Part shown: in pieces, positions 1-15,300 of the stretch
How positions within the stretch are numbered: position 1 is the first letter of the stretch
How the letters are laid out: every line of letters starts with the position of its first letter
Assembly (NCBI GenBank): GCA_030141605.1
Contig: JAQGDQ010000282.1
Location: forward strand, 62,001 to 126,000
Direction: 5' to 3'
DNA: 64,000 bases
Source: Tubiluchus corallicola
Taxonomy: Eukaryota > Animalia > Priapulida
The notes under the pieces: generated by a model
Databases searched by the model: none
What the model saw: only the letters and a program-made list of their open reading frames with translations
Told to the model about the DNA's origin: nothing
Made by a program: the position numbers and the translations under genes

Positions 1-600
1 TGTTCTGGACCCCCATTTTTCGATTTTTGCCCGTAGCAGAAATTTTTCCTGTGCATGGATGTCCCATATTTTGTGATGTGCAAGACCACACCCCGCCTAG
101 CAACATACCAAATATTGTGACCCTAGCTCAAAAACTGTGGGAGCAGTTGGATCATAAAGAAAATAAAGACCCGCCTGCTCCGTGACCTTTGATCCGGAAA
201 CTCCGGTCACATGCATACGTAGATAACTTTGCCTAGAGAGTGTACCCTGTGAGTTTTGTGTCCAATTGGAGGATCCCAAATTTTGCATTTTGGCCCCTCA
301 CCTGGGCATTTAAAACTTGCCAGCTTTTTAAAACCCCAGGTGCACATCTACCCCATAGTACGCAAATACTTGTGAAAAAAATTTTGCAAAAACCCAAAAG
401 TCCTAGGAGGAGTTGCGAGCTAAAGGAAAAACTGACCAATGCCCACTGCCTTTCCACCCTTGACCGTTGGTCAGCAGTTGCTATACTGTTGTTCGTGGCC
501 CGCCAAGGGCTACCAACCCTGTGAGTTTAGTGAACCTAGCTTGCAAGGCTTACGAGTTATTAAGCGTTAAAGTGGTGGAGAATAAATAATAATAAATCAT
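1..600. mobile_element. Unclassified interspersed repeat (truncated by the window edge)
   Basis: GC-richer non-coding block with internal repeats (accctgtgagttt at ~244 and ~516; cctagct), ending in an (aat)n tract. Confidence 0.4.
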
Positions 601-952
601 AATAAATCAAGTTTTTGCTATCTTAGTTAATTTCATAAAGTTTTTGATTTCGAAGTTAAGAATTATATATAGTGATGTAAATTTAAAATTATTGGTAATT
701 CTAACTGAAATTTTAAAAACATATGACTTAGGCACATATATTTACTGCCTAATATCCAGTATGAGTCATGGAACTAAATGGGTGAGGTATATAAAGTAGA
801 AATAGGACCTATTTTTGCAGAGGGATTGTGTAATCTGGTGATCAAGCCTAATGAGTTCTACTTAGATTTCCAGATTTAAACCTAAATTTGCTTTCCGATC
901 TTTTGTTTGTTTATCACAATAATAACTTTAAAATTAAGTTCACGCTGCTATA

Positions 953-1440
953 TCAGGTGACGCAAAAAATGTGCGGAAGTTTTGATCACAATTTAGAAAA
1001 AAAAAATAAATCAATTAAAGATTGTCACACTGATGTTACAGACACCTACGTATGAACATCAAAAATTTTAAGTCATTCCTTTAGATTTTTCAAAAAAATA
1101 TAGACGTTTTAAAACAACAAATCAACAAATAAATGTGGGAAAACTTTGTATGTCACTGTTGTTGAAATTTACGAAAAGTGCTCTTTCTGTCCACCATTTT
1201 CATCGCAAACTAGATGAAGACATTTCTTCCAGTAGCTTACACCGTTTCTCACTTCTTCAAGCGAGGTGTAATTGCAGCACTCAACGTTTTTTGCCTTTAG
1301 TTCCTCTGCCCCCAACAGTTTGTACAGTCACTTTCTCTCTAAGGGAATTCCAGATACCATAATCCAGAGGGTAAAAGTCCCATTTTTTTTCTTTGCCATA
1401 AACCTTTATCAGTGCTTTATATTCTGTCATGATAACCATG
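953..1440 (-). mobile_element. Tc1/mariner transposon remnant (transposase C-terminus + 3' TIR)
   Basis: Minus strand encodes DFYPLDYGIWNSLREKV (DLNPxD-type motif) and EEVRNGVSYWKKCLHLVCDENGGQ; homologous to 10445-10900 and 25945-26707. Confidence 0.75.
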
Positions 1441-3126
1441 AAGTAGACTAGTTAGTTCCTTTATTGTTTTGCTTCATGTACAGTGAGTGCTTTATACGTC
1501 ACTGAACGTGGCTGTTTTTCAGTCGATGATTGATGATTAGCTGACATTGTTTCAGCTTGTAATTTTTTAACGTGAAAAGCTTTTCGGTTACAACCTAAAA
1601 ACCACCAAAACTATAAGCTTGTAACTTTCCCAGCCAAAAATTAATGTATTGTAATATCGTACTGTGAAATTCGTAGACCACTTGCTTCTGATATCATTGT
1701 AGTCTAAACTTGTGCACTTTTTTTCTGTGCCACCCGATATAAATAAATAGTGCAGTAAATATGGTAATAACAGTGTAGGCAGAATTTATGTCATTTTGTT
1801 TTCAAATGATATTGTCAAAGAATAGTGATTGAGTGAACTGATTCAGTGGCAGCGACAGTAACAGATCCTTTAAGGAAGTTTATGCTCTGATTGAGTCTCA
1901 AATTAACACTCCTGACTGACATTAGTTAATGTCAAGTTCTGGCTGTTGATCACATTTAAAAGAAACTGTCAAGCAAGTATAGAATGTGGCGGCGTATTCT
2001 TGCAGAAACTGCGTCACTAGTGCACTGATTGCGGCACGAACTTGCGTGGCATTTGATGCAGTTGTAAATGCTTCTCAGCTTAACATTCTCGTTTGTATAT
2101 CATACTTTGATAGTCACACCTGTTTCTAGACAAACTATAATTTTTGGAAAGAACTGTGCGAAAATTGTCATTTTGGAGTTTTTTGCATGCAATTCCTCCT
2201 GATGGTCCTCTATTTTGAAAAATAAGCCATCAATGAAACCACACTAGAGAGAGAGCAATCTGTGCAAATTATGAATGGTGCTGCCTTTTGATAATCTGGT
2301 ACAATTAATATGTAAGATGCTGAGGGCACTCTCAGTATCATGTACACAATCTGTCGTTACATAATTGGATGATGATGCTGATTTCTAGTGCAGAAGCTTT
2401 CCTTTCTTTGACTTGTTTATTAGAGCGCATTTATGACTAAACACGCATTTTTTAATGTTCACTCACTATTGTTTCAGTGAATAAACAAATTTCTCTAAAT
2501 ACTGTATGCACACTTCTCAAAGACTATATGTACAAAGTCTGTATTAATGGTGCAAGATATTTCTTAAGAAATTGTTAGGTAAATAGAGTTTTCTAACATC
2601 CCACGCAATAAAAAACTACCTTTTACCATCTTAATAAGATTAGATATTATGGAAAATTAGTTCAGTTCCACTTTTTTCTTTATGAAATTTTATTTTGGTA
2701 TTAAAAATAAAATACCTGTTTTATGTCTACTGTCGAGTGTCAGTTTTCTTGACATTTTGAGGGAAACATAGCTCAATATCTTTTTGAGATATTGATTTCT
2801 AAATTTTGATTTCTGAAGTTTGATTTGATTTTGATTAAATCGATGTCTGTTTTGATGCCTGACACTTCTACAACTTATTTCTGAATTTCAGTTTGATATT
2901 TAAAGTTAATGTCTGATCCATCATTTTATTGCAGTCCTCATGAGCAATTTAGCTGATGCTAGCTTTTTCATATTTTGTTTTTCAATTTTCATGTTGACAA
3001 TTTAACATAGAAAAAGTTACCATTCAGTAGTTATGGGTAAGTTGTAATATTCTTTATCCCCTATGTTTGTATTTTAGTACAAATTATTTCCCATTTCTTT
3101 TTATCCAGCTTTGATATCTTCTTTAG

Positions 3127-3383
3127 GTTTTGTATCACATGTTTGAAGCATACGTGGAAATTGGTAAAGAGAAGATATTGGCAGTGGACATCATCGCTGG
3201 CGTCTGCTCGTTCTTTGTTGTTGGACTCGGTGGTACATTAATTGGTGTTCTGTTTGGCTTTACCACTGGCTTCATTACTCGGTTCACCCAGCACCTGCGA
3301 GTTATTGAACCTATTTACGTATTCCTCATGGGTTACATGTCATATTTAACTGCCGAAATGTTTCACTTGTCCGGCATAATGGC
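3127..3383 (+). CDS. NHE exon (TM region)
   Basis: ctttag|GTT TTG TAT CAC...ATG GC|gtatgt; VLYHMFEAY...HLSGIMA. Confidence 0.95.
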
Positions 3384-6300
3384 GTATGTATACCTCTTTT
3401 TTTTCATATATAAAATTCTGGCTACTGAATCAGTCTCTGAGTTCATTGTGTTTTTCATGCACTTTTTCATCTTATTCTCATTGGGCTTTGTTCTACAGAA
3501 AGCGTGAGCCTAATTGCTAATTTGGAATGGAATCCATGCTCTTTGATTCTTTCTTTAAGTAGGCTTACACTTCGTGGTGCAGAGGGCTCCTGTAGCTGGT
3601 ATTGCAAGTCATTTTCACGAAGTTACCAGATAAATTAATATAAAGGGGCAGTGCTACATCTTTAAATTTATCATATCTTAGCTTGGTTTTTATAACTAAT
3701 AAATTACAATTTTGGATGCACTGTTGTGTTTGCCAGGTAGCAGTAGTGAGCGACGATGTCGCTATAACAAATTTGATAAATTTTTCCGAATGCTCACTAC
3801 CACCATCTGTCAAACTCGTCTAGATGAAGCATCAAACGTCTTGCAGCAAGCTATGAAAATTGTCAAAATAATTGTACGGCAAGCTTTAACAGCCCACAAA
3901 CATAACAGGGGCTATAAATAAAACCATTGATGTAACCGAGAACATGAGGAGATGTTCGTTACAGGTCTCTCTTTATATTGCTATTTATTGCACCATCAGC
4001 TTAGTCATTTTTTAGGGACCATGTTGTTCACGGTCATAATAAAAATGCGGGTGTTATAAGAAAAAGTAATGTTTTTGGACAAGATCCTCTGCTACATACT
4101 TCAGTTGCTCGGAAATTTTTATTTTAAGTCATACCTGTGGAGCTAAAAAGTCCCCAGTTGCATACTGTAGACATAAGTTTTCGTTGTGTGTTTCCGTGTG
4201 TCATTCATCCATAATGAGAAATAAAAGCGCAATTCTGTTTTATGAGTGTTCTCTTAAATTTATTCTAAATGTAAACTATTTTGTCTAAATTTTCTTCATT
4301 ATTTTGCATCATCATTGTTGGGTTACGTGGTTACAACATAATTTTATAAGCAGATCTGATGCCAGTCTCTTTTTCATTCTCATTTTCCCTGTAATCAGTT
4401 TGTAGCCACTTTTTAAACTGTGATGTCACAATAGAGTAACTTTGTATTCTAAATTTTTGGGATAAAACAGATTCTATGACAATGCTAAATGGCATTCTAA
4501 ATGATCTGTGTAGTCAGTTGGGCAGAAAAACTCAATATTCAAGTAACCTATTGCTTCAAATTCCAGACTAGTTTATTAATGGACAAGGACATTGAATGAT
4601 GTGAAAAACAAAATCGGCCTAATAGTCTGTTCCTGCCATGATGGCATTGTTGAGTGACAGTTAGTATAAATTAGTGTTATTGATTGCTGCACATGTGGGA
4701 AATGTGCCGCAGTAAAATATGTGCAGCCGTGAAATACCTGATGATTATTTTCTACAAGTGCATTAAGATATCGTAACATTTACAGTTTTGTAATTATATC
4801 TTGTCACACTGCTCTGTTTTACAAAGTCAGTCAGCAGCCGTTTCCAATAGCTTGAAAGCTTATCAGTTTATCGAGTTATGTACAAGTTTAATTTCTATTC
4901 GTTAGCAATTCAAGACTGGCCAGTAATTGAGTAGTCTGTCCCTTTATAATGTTCAGCTACAGTTCACAAAAGATTTATAATAAATGATTATTAACTGCAT
5001 TAATCTAGCTAGACCAGTGCTCAAGATGTGGGATTAATATTTTCTTTAACTAATGGAACAGGTTTTTAACTAAACATTAATATAGGTGTGTTATTTTCTT
5101 AGCTTTTGTCACATTATTAGATGGCTCACTCTGACAGCATTAAGTTTGCTTAGCTTAGTTTTATTTAGGATTTTATTCCCATCATTCTTATGTGTTTAGA
5201 TTGCGGCATTCAACCTTTGAACAGTTATGTGCTTGCCATAACTTTGATGCATGTTATACCAGCATGAGTAACCGAAAAAACAAGTTTTTCCTTTACACTT
5301 TTTTCAAAAGTTGTAAATTAATATATGTAGTATAGTAATGCTACATCGTAGGCGGACAGAATTGTGCACCTTATCGTTTATGTTTGTTGACACAGCATTT
5401 TAATGCTAATCTACCTCCAATCACTGTGAAGTAAGTGGGTGGTGCCATGTAGTGAGGAATGTGATTAGCTTCAACAAGATTTTATTTACATATGCCTTGC
5501 AAAACCTCTAGAGTCTAGACTTATAAATGTGAAATTAGGGTCATTTCACAGTCATTCATTCAGTTATGTTCCAACCTTAATCAATGTCAAACTTGCTCAA
5601 CACCAGCAAGTATATCATGAACTACGCTGACAACAAATTTTGACTACAGCACAACCTATAACATCAGCAACAATAACAACGGCTGGCCACCGACGCCAGT
5701 CGGCACGTGCTGCATTACAGTAAATGACATTGGATTAATAAAAATGCACTGTTTGTGCTTTAGGGCTACATTTTGTGGCATCAGTATGCGTCAGTACGTT
5801 GAGGCTAATGTCTCTCAGAAATCTCATACTACAATCAAGTACTGGTTGAAGATGCTGAGCTCGTGCAGTGAGACTATTATATTTATGTTTTTGGGCATGT
5901 CGACTGTGACTAAAAATCATGAGTGGAACACATGGTTCGTCCTCTTCACTCTCGTTTTCTGCTTTGTGTACCGTGCCTTAGGTAATTTATTTAAATGTTG
6001 TCCCTTAGAGTAGAAGTTAGTAATCAAGATTAATGGATGTTTTTAAGGGGAAGCCTTTTCTGACATTCTTTGCAAACATGGTTCCCTCTGTTTTATATCT
6101 TGGGAGTAACAATCCTCTCCTGACAATAGAGAAGTAACCGAGAGGCCTGACTACATTTGTGGAGATTCATCTGTGTTGGGAAGATTAATATGCTTAGTTC
6201 TAGGACAAAGCACAATTTTAAGTGTTTGCTAAATTAACAAAGGAGTGATTTCTATCCAAACAATGGACGACAACTTTATTTCTCAAAACTACACAAGCAT

Positions 6301-9300
6301 AGCTGTTAAAACCACATGTAATATTGCTCAAGCACTTCTGCTTCGAAAACTTATTTTATAGGTATGTAGAGGTGTTTGAAGATTGGCTATCAAGGATTAA
6401 ATTTATTTCATTGCTTATGATGTATCGTCTGTCATGTGATATTAGCGACTTCTAAAACCTCGAATGTACTTTGTGAATATGATATTATAAATGTGAAATA
6501 TGTCATTTTTATGGTTTAACGTTATAGTAAATTATCTTATAGGAGGATTTACTTCAGTGAAGTGAACATTTCTCTTTGTTTACCTTTAAATGTCAACACT
6601 CCATTAATGTTAAATTTGAACAATGTTTTAGGACTATTTGTTTGGATATGAATTTGTTGAAAATTAATTACTATGTTGAAATATGGTAATTAAATATAAC
6701 TGCAGTATGCAATTGAGTAAAGTTTCTTCAATTTGTAGTTATAACTCTGGTCTTTGTTGTTCCAGGAGTAGTGACTTTCACATTTGGTGCCAACAAGATT
6801 CGACTGAATCGTCTCAATAAAGTTGAACAGTTCATCATGGCTTATGGCGGTATCCGTGGTGCCGTCTCATTCTCACTCGTAATCTTGCTTAATGTTCACT
6901 TAATCTCCCAAGAGATGAAGGAGATATTCACAACAGCTACAATTGCTGTCGTTTTCGTAACCATATTTATTCAGGTCAGTTAATTATAATAATTAAGCAC
7001 ACATTAAGCTACCTCTTGACTACTGCTGCACTTAGTTGTGCTATGCTATTGATTTTCGTCGTAATTTTGATAGTGACTAGATTTTGATAAATGACGATGT
7101 AAATACCTGATACAAAAAATAAAATTTTAGTTTTTCCATTAGTAGTTTTTTACCAATATAAGATACTTGCTTTGAAAATTTTAATATTGCAACAGTGCAC
7201 AATGTCTTCTAAGTTATCCAATTAATGTTAAGCAGCAAGTTTGACGGCAGATAACGAATCACGAACTAGGAAACGTGAGTTCAAATTGTAAAATTCAGTT
7301 TGTCATGCTTGCTGCAGTTTTTCCTTTGTAACGTGCCTGTTCCACGACGATGTATTTATCTTTGATTTTAATTTCATGCTTCATTGTTAAGTGATAAGCA
7401 TAGCATTGATTTCTGTCTGCTCTATGAACGCAAATGCTTTTGGCATTGATACAATTTCTGTTACACAGCTTTAACAAGACCAACATCCATCTAATGTGTG
7501 TGTAAGTAGACGTAAGTGTGTTACACATCAAGAAATCTAAAAGCAAAATTGAAATATTTCTTTATGTAGTAGTTTTTTGATTGAAATCTTTGAATCAAAA
7601 TGATTTGAATAGATGATGCTGTATTTCGTTATTGATTCATATCAAAGCTAACATTTTGTTGTCAGGTACTAAGCAGTTAAGTTTCTGAATGCATTTGCTC
7701 TTCGTAGTAATTTACATGTGGAGCAAAAGTGATGGACTTCCCCACAGGAAACCATTGACTGTAGCTACTGATTTAATTTTTGTGTTTTAGTTTTGAAAGT
7801 GACTTTTAACGGGCATACTTGCAAGGACAGTTAGGTAGGAAATGACTGGAAAAGATAAATGTTTTCATAGGGGCTTGACGTTGTATCTGATAAGCATTGA
7901 TGAGAAATGTGTCTGTTTTGGTGCACGTATTCTTTGCCTTTTCCACATCTTTTCTTTAAATAAGCTTATAAGCTCAAGATAGTTTTCCTTGTTTTTATTC
8001 ATGATTGTATACAACTAATGAGATATGCACGTAAATCTGACAATTTAATGAGTGCTGCATTTATCTGCGAAATAGTCGTATTTTGTGCTTTATTATCCCT
8101 GTAAGAGCTTGGAGCCTCGGATATTGATTATGTACAGGAGATAACAAGATTTACTGCCTTTACACCTAGAATTATTGTTTGGTCAATAATCTCTGCAAAC
8201 AATTTCTATGAAATTGCATTTTTCAAACCAAACAAATCATAATGGTTGGCTAATGGAGCTAATCCATTTATGTATTTGTACAAAAGTAGTGATAATGTTA
8301 ATGGTGAATAAGTTGTTCAATAAATAGCTGTATTGTTAAAATATTTTCAAATGCAAATGTAGTCAGTCAGTGTGTGTCCATTTTGCCAAATATGAAAAAA
8401 ATGGTAAAGAAAACTGGTAAAGAGAGCTGAGATTTGAACCATTTCCTGAGCTAGATGTGATTTTGTTTTTAGCAACACATCATTTTGTAGACTACCAAAC
8501 TGCACGACCTTGGATAATTTCCTTTTTTCCAGCTTCTCCTTACCAAGTGCATTTACAGCTTTAGCTGGCTTCTTTAGCAAAGGCTGACATGTCTCCTCTT
8601 TTCAGGGTATTACAATAAAGCCTCTCGTGCAGATTTTGGACGTGAAAAGAGCAGATAAGCATAAACCAAGCATGAATGAAGAAATTCAGTCTCGGGTGAA
8701 TATACAAATTTATGCTCTTTTAATGAATATTCCACTGAAACAAGACACCACACATTTAATCTGCAATCTATTTAGGTAGCTTAAGCTGAACTGTTTTGCT
8801 TGCCTTTTCAGCTTAGGTGGTGGTTTTGTGATATTATTGCATACTGGAATAATGCTGTTTTGCTTGTCTTTAATATAATGCCGTGTCATCGTAACTGCTA
8901 TATTCTATTCGTAGCTGCTGTTTACCTATTCAGTGTACTTTTTCTAGATTCAAGTGAAGTGATTTACTATGTAATACACCATTGTGCTAATACATTGTAG
9001 GTTGGAAATGATTTTGTGATGGATTCCGCAGGGATTCATTACATAATTACTATCACTAGTATTAAATTTTATTTGCTCATTTAAAGCTTCCTTTGTATTT
9101 AATAATGATAAAATTAGTTGCTGAACTCGACAGCAATGCCAAGGAACTTTTGAAGGAATATGCGGCAATTATCGGGTTTTTAAGCTGGTTTAGAAAGGTT
9201 TCCGGTTTGATGATAGTTATTTTTTCTAGAATTAAAAAAGATTTGCAGCCACTGATCTCGATGCTTAATTTTTAAAACTTACTCTGAGCTAAAAATATGA

Positions 9301-12300
9301 TAAAGTCCAGTGAGTTGAGACATAAAAAACAATTATAGTCGTCAACTTTGTTTATAGATAATAATTTTAGTTTACTTGAATGATTATTATAATTATTGTG
9401 ATTTGATTTCAGTTCATGGACCACATAATGGCTGGTATTGAGGATATTGCTGGTCATCATGGACATCACTACTTAAGAGACATGTATGTGTGACAAAGGT
9501 TTCACGTCACCGTATTGACTTTTTTATCTAAGGCTAATTGTTTTCATTTATGACGAAAATGTAAAACTCAGTTAATGTCTATAAGTGACTGCATGCCATC
9601 TTAGTTTATTCAGTTTGAATGTTCAGGTGTTTTCATTGCTTCGTTTTTGCCAACGTTCAAACCTAAAATTATGGATTTGAATAATTCGCCGCTCCAACTA
9701 CATATGTTCTTTATCATTAAAACATTTGAAATGAAACAGCACAATTTAGTGCATTTCTATGCATAATTTTTAAACAAATTATAAGTGGTTTTACCGCTGC
9801 ACAAAATCAAGCAATATGCATGATCTTTGTGAGACTGCTTTTTATTTATGATTCTTAAATCCTTAAAAATGAATTCAAATTTGCTTTGGATTCGAAATCT
9901 TCATATTCAGTTTGATGATTCGTGTTCAGAGTCAAATATTCGATTCTGATTTGCTTTCTGATGGAGAATGCTCATCTATACTGCTAGGCTCGTGACTTTA
10001 GTATAAACGTTGTACGTGATTTTCTGGTACACTAGTCTGTAGGGTAGATTTGTCGTTTAAAAAAGTTATGATGCTGTTGCAAAAAGAAAGTTTTTATGGT
10101 GCTGTGATGTTCAAACCTTTGTTGTTATGAACAGACTAAACTTGCTGTTTACTCATTGAACTACTCGGTTGTTAAACAACTATGAGATACATGAAATTTA
10201 CGTGCAATCAGTAACAAGATAGATTAGACACACATTTTTGCCAGTGTTTCAAATTTTTTGTAGTACATATTTGAAGGGTTCACCAAAACTGACGCTAGAC
10301 TTTAATTTTGGATTTTTTTTTGTGTTCTTTTGGGGCCTTTACATTGTCCTGAAGATTTCCTGAAATGATTAAATGTCGTCAATAAATGTTTTTTGTCAGT
10401 CATCTTAAAAATCTAATAAATGGGTTATTGATTATAGGCTAATATAATCTGGTGGTACAAAAAATGTGCAGAACTTTTGATCATGATATTATAAGAAAAT
10501 AACGGAATCACTTCAAAATTATCACACTCGCATACATTTACGTATAAACACCAAAATTTTAGGTTATTTCCTTATATTTGACCAAAGTTTTACCACAATA
10601 AGTCAAAAATGTAAATGCCAGAAAAAGTGTTGTGTCACTATTGTTTAAATTTATAGCAAGTGCTCTATGTGTCTACAAATTTCACTGTAAACTAGACAAA
10701 GGCATTCTTCCAACAGCTGACACAGTTTCTCACTTTGGTCACAGTATTTTGTTACAACACCCAACAATTTTTATATTTAGTTCCTCTGCATAGACAAATG
10801 GCTCTGTGTAGCCATCGTACGTTTTCCAGAGGATTAAGTCCTTTTTTTACAACAAATCTTTATCAGTACTTTATCTTCTGTGGTGAAGATCATACTGTAA
10901 ATGTGCTTATTACTTTATTGTTTTACTGCCATGCATTAAGTGTTTTAAATACGTCAACACTGCTTTTTTCAATTGGTGATTAACTGGCGTTATTCCAGCA
11001 TTTTATTAACCTGCATAAGTTTTTCGGTGTTTGCCATGTTTTTAGTAAATGTTGCTATCTTTTATTTTAACGATTTTTGTAATGTTAAATGCTTTTGTGA
11101 AAAAATGTTAAATATTTTTCATTTTGTTAGGTTTGACTATTATGACCTAAAATACTTGTCACCGTTATTGATGCGAGATCCTCCTAAGGTGAGAAATCAG
11201 AAGATTGTGGAGACATTTACAAAACTTAGCTTGAAGGATGCGATGGATCATCTTGCTCGGCATGGCACTTTCACCTCTCTGGATGACGCATCTCTTTCTA
11301 AAATCATTCGTAATTACTCCTCTTCTGGTTTGAGCAAGTAAGTATTTACCGGTTTATAATTTGTGTCAAGTCATTCAGACTGCAGTTTTTCCTATATGTT
11401 GTGTTAGTGTTTGTAATATTTTAAAGAAGTCAGTACGCATCGGACATGCCCATATAATGGTATATGAAGTGTAAAAAACAGAAACTCGAAGCCTTTTTTA
11501 TTTGGCTCATGTCATATTTTAATAACGAAACTAGTAAAATGACAAAAGTAGTCATGTGTTAACAATCAAGCTGTTTAAAAATTGCAGAAAATCCCATTAA
11601 ATAGCTTGAATTGTTTTTTTAGCAAATTCCATGAAACGTTTGCAGAAAGTTTACTAGAGCCTAATTGTCACAGCCTAACATTTTCACAGCCTAATTGTGT
11701 TTTATTCCAGTCAAGTTGACATTGATGGTCTTGCTCATGAGGATAGCAATCCTGCAATTGACATGATGACTTTGGATGCACGATACACTCGCAAGCACGC
11801 TGATGATGCCAAAATGCATCATATGTTAACAGATTCGATGTTTGCACCTCGAAAGCGGGTAAATGGCCACTTCTAATATCTTTAACATAGAAATTGAAAT
11901 GTTTTTTTGTACTGCAACAGGAGCAACACATTTATGCCAATTCAAGTAGCAAGCACTGTTGCATGACTTCACTGGACCATAGGAAGTTGAAATTTTTCTA
12001 CATTTTGTAAAAATTATTGAATGTTAGGTATAAACCTACAAAGCTGGCATTTGCTCTTTAATCGTTAATATAAGTAGTATTATTACTATATCACTGTTTT
12101 TACTATAATTATAAAACCTGCAAAAATGTAGAAATTTCTAAGATGTACCACGGGTTAAAAGCTTCAGTTTAGAAACTTGTACTACACTTCTAACTTATAA
12201 GTTTAAGTTGCCGGCATGAGATCAGTAAACAAAGTGAGTGACCAGCCCCGCCCAGTCTTCTTGCTTTAATCCTGTGAAACTTGTAGTACTTCATTGACAA

Positions 12301-15300
12301 TTTTTTTGGGGATCACGAAGTAAGTTAAAAAGTTGGTGAATAGACACACTATCTGCTCTACTATAAGGTAAATTTCTTTGGCCACCTATATTCCAAAACC
12401 TGTAACAAAGTAGTTAAAGACATTCCATTCCAAATTTGAAAAGAGAATTATTTCGTCCGTAATATATTGTCTTGTTTTGGAGATACATGATTGCACTTCA
12501 TTGTACGCCACACCATTTATAATAATTTTCTTTTGCATGAACATTTGTGTTAACTTTCAGCACAAGACATATGAGCGGCATACACTGCAAGAAGTGGAAA
12601 ACCATCCTCCGTTTCATCATCACTACAGGCACAATCTCAGACACGTATTTTATGCGCATGATAAAAAGCATAGGAAGGCATCGTCTGTTTCAGGTATGAT
12701 AAAATAATGTAAGGTAAAATAAGGCAAAGCAAGACAGAGCAGGGCAAAACAATGCAAAGCAAGGCAAAAATATAAAACATGATATTTATTTATTATTTTT
12801 TTATTTGTCTTGCTGGCACCTTGCATTAAAATTGCATTAAAACTTCGAACAAAAATTTACATGCAGGCTTGGGAGTATACTAAATGCACAAGTTTACGCC
12901 TATTGCGACCTCATCAATCAGCTTAATCAACAGTTGTTATGGTACCATGAATGACATCGCCATCTGTTTATTTTTGAGAGAACAATTTTTTAAAGATATT
13001 TTAAAGTCATTACTGTATGAACAGAATAAGCCATTACAATAAGACAGATGAATAAACAATCATCAAATAAACTGTAGCAATGACAGTAACCAAGTTATGA
13101 AAAAAATGGTTTCCACCTCACATAAGAAATTTTCGGAATGCACATTTCTCTACTGAAACTTACACATTAACAGAAGCTTAAACTGAGCCAGATGAAACAA
13201 TCAAAAATTATATGATATGATATTATATCATATTACATTATATTACATTATATTATATAACATGATATGATGTGTTATGATATCATATGATATCATATGA
13301 TACGATATGTTATGATATTATATTACATTATATTATTAAATCAAATTAATATAATTAATTATGTTAAATAAAATTTAAATAAATTGTGAGCTGTGACTAT
13401 GAAAGCAAAATGTGTAAAGAATGAAATTGCTAATTTTAATGAGATCCAGTGGCGAGTTCAAATAGACAAAAAATTTTTTGCATATTGCAAATACATGAAA
13501 CTGTCAATCTGTGAATGACAGAGTATTGTTCAATTGACTACACTTTCTCCCATTGTTCCTAAAAAGCATGTAAGTGTTTTAAGATATTTCTAGAAACTTG
13601 AAACTGTAAAGGATATTGCCTTTTGGTGAGTAACAAGCTTGAAGTTTGATGAGTCTACGAAACCTTTTGTGCATTTTTTGCACTCGCATCTTTCAACTGA
13701 AAACTCGAATTACTAATAAAAACTCGATAAGAAAATAATTTTAAATTAAAAGAGCTTCTTTGTTAACACCCCATTGGAACAAAGTTGTAATCAAATACAA
13801 ACAAGACATTATGATTTATGCATATATTGAAACTTATTGCATTTCAGAAGGCTTTTTAGTTCCCATCTTTTTAGTGAATCCAAGAAAATTTTATGAGAAA
13901 AACCAACATGACTAATTAATGTTTATATTGTGAATTATTTTGCTATATTATTAGGTAACAACTTATATTGAGTGTTTGGTACTTCAGCTATTCATATAAA
14001 GGTCGTTGTTAATGTTGTCTAATGCTCTAAAATTTTGCATTGTTAGTTAATTTCACAGGCAGTGCAATGATGTCATTGGCAAACTTGCTGTGAAAACTAA
14101 CCTACAGTGATTTTTGATTTACTGAAGTGTCATGCATTCAACTTAAGTTGTTACTTAATGATATATAGAAATAATAGGTGACTTGTATAAACATTCTTTT
14201 GCCACACTTGTTTTTCTCATGGAATTTTCCTTGCATTTGCTGAAGAGATGGGATTTTCAGTTGTAAAGTATTTTATGTACCAAGTGCTTCACTTCTTGTA
14301 AATAGGTACATAATATCCATTTGGCAAAATATATCCACTGTTATATCCATCATATCTTTTTCCGCCATATACATCTCGGTTATATAAACTGCCCGGAGGT
14401 TGTACTCGAGGGTAACCATTGCTGTTGTTATTGCCTTCATAATTGCTCAAGTAACTACTTTGTTTCTGAACATATGGCTTGTATTCAGCTGAATAAACTG
14501 CAGGTGCATTGTCTCTTGAAAGCACAGCTTGACCTGGCCTGAAATTGTCACCATCACTATTTCCGCCATAACTGTTAGTATGAATTGCGCGCTGATGACC
14601 ATTATTAATTCCGTGTTCTGCAAAAGGAGATTTGACACTGCCATCGCCAACATATACAAGTGCTTGAGTTTGAATCATTTCATCATGTCTGTTATCAGGT
14701 GCATTGTCTCTTGAAAGCACAGCTTGACCTGGCCTGAAATTGTCACCATCACTATTTCCGCCATAACTGTTAGTATGAATTGCGCGCTGATGACCATTAT
14801 TAATTCCGTGTTCTGCAAAAGGAGATTTGACACTGTCATCGCCAACATATACAAGTGCTTGAGTTTGAATCATTTCATCATGTCTGTTATTGGGCCCAGC
14901 TGCTGGAGCATAGTGTGTTTCATCACCTTCAATGTTATCGTAACTTAAATCATCTCCATATACTCGTGCTTCAACCACTTTAAGAGGCACAATGCCATCA
15001 ACCATCTGACTACTTTCGTGAAGGTAATCGGCATCATGGAGAGTAGTATTATCATTGCCGTGGCTTCTGCCATATACTTGATGGCCAGAACGTCCTTGCT
15101 CTTTGTTAGAACTTTGTAAGAAGTTCATCACATGCTCAATAATATCAGTTGTGATTTTGCTACCGCTTGGTTCTTGATCATGCTCGTATCTAGTTACTGA
15201 GTCTTTGTTGTTGTGTTTGGTCAAAACATGAGGGGGCGTGCTAATTCTGATACCTCTGTGGTCATTATCGTGTAGTTGTTTAGGCCGAGTGTTTCCATTC

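Noticed and set aside
14501-14890. Repeat considered as a CRISPR-like array
   Set aside because: Two long contiguous coding units with no spacers; eukaryotic context
14321-14948. Duplicated + strand ORFs [15 protein letters not shown]...
   Set aside because: Antisense shadows of the 195-bp coding repeat in the nested gene
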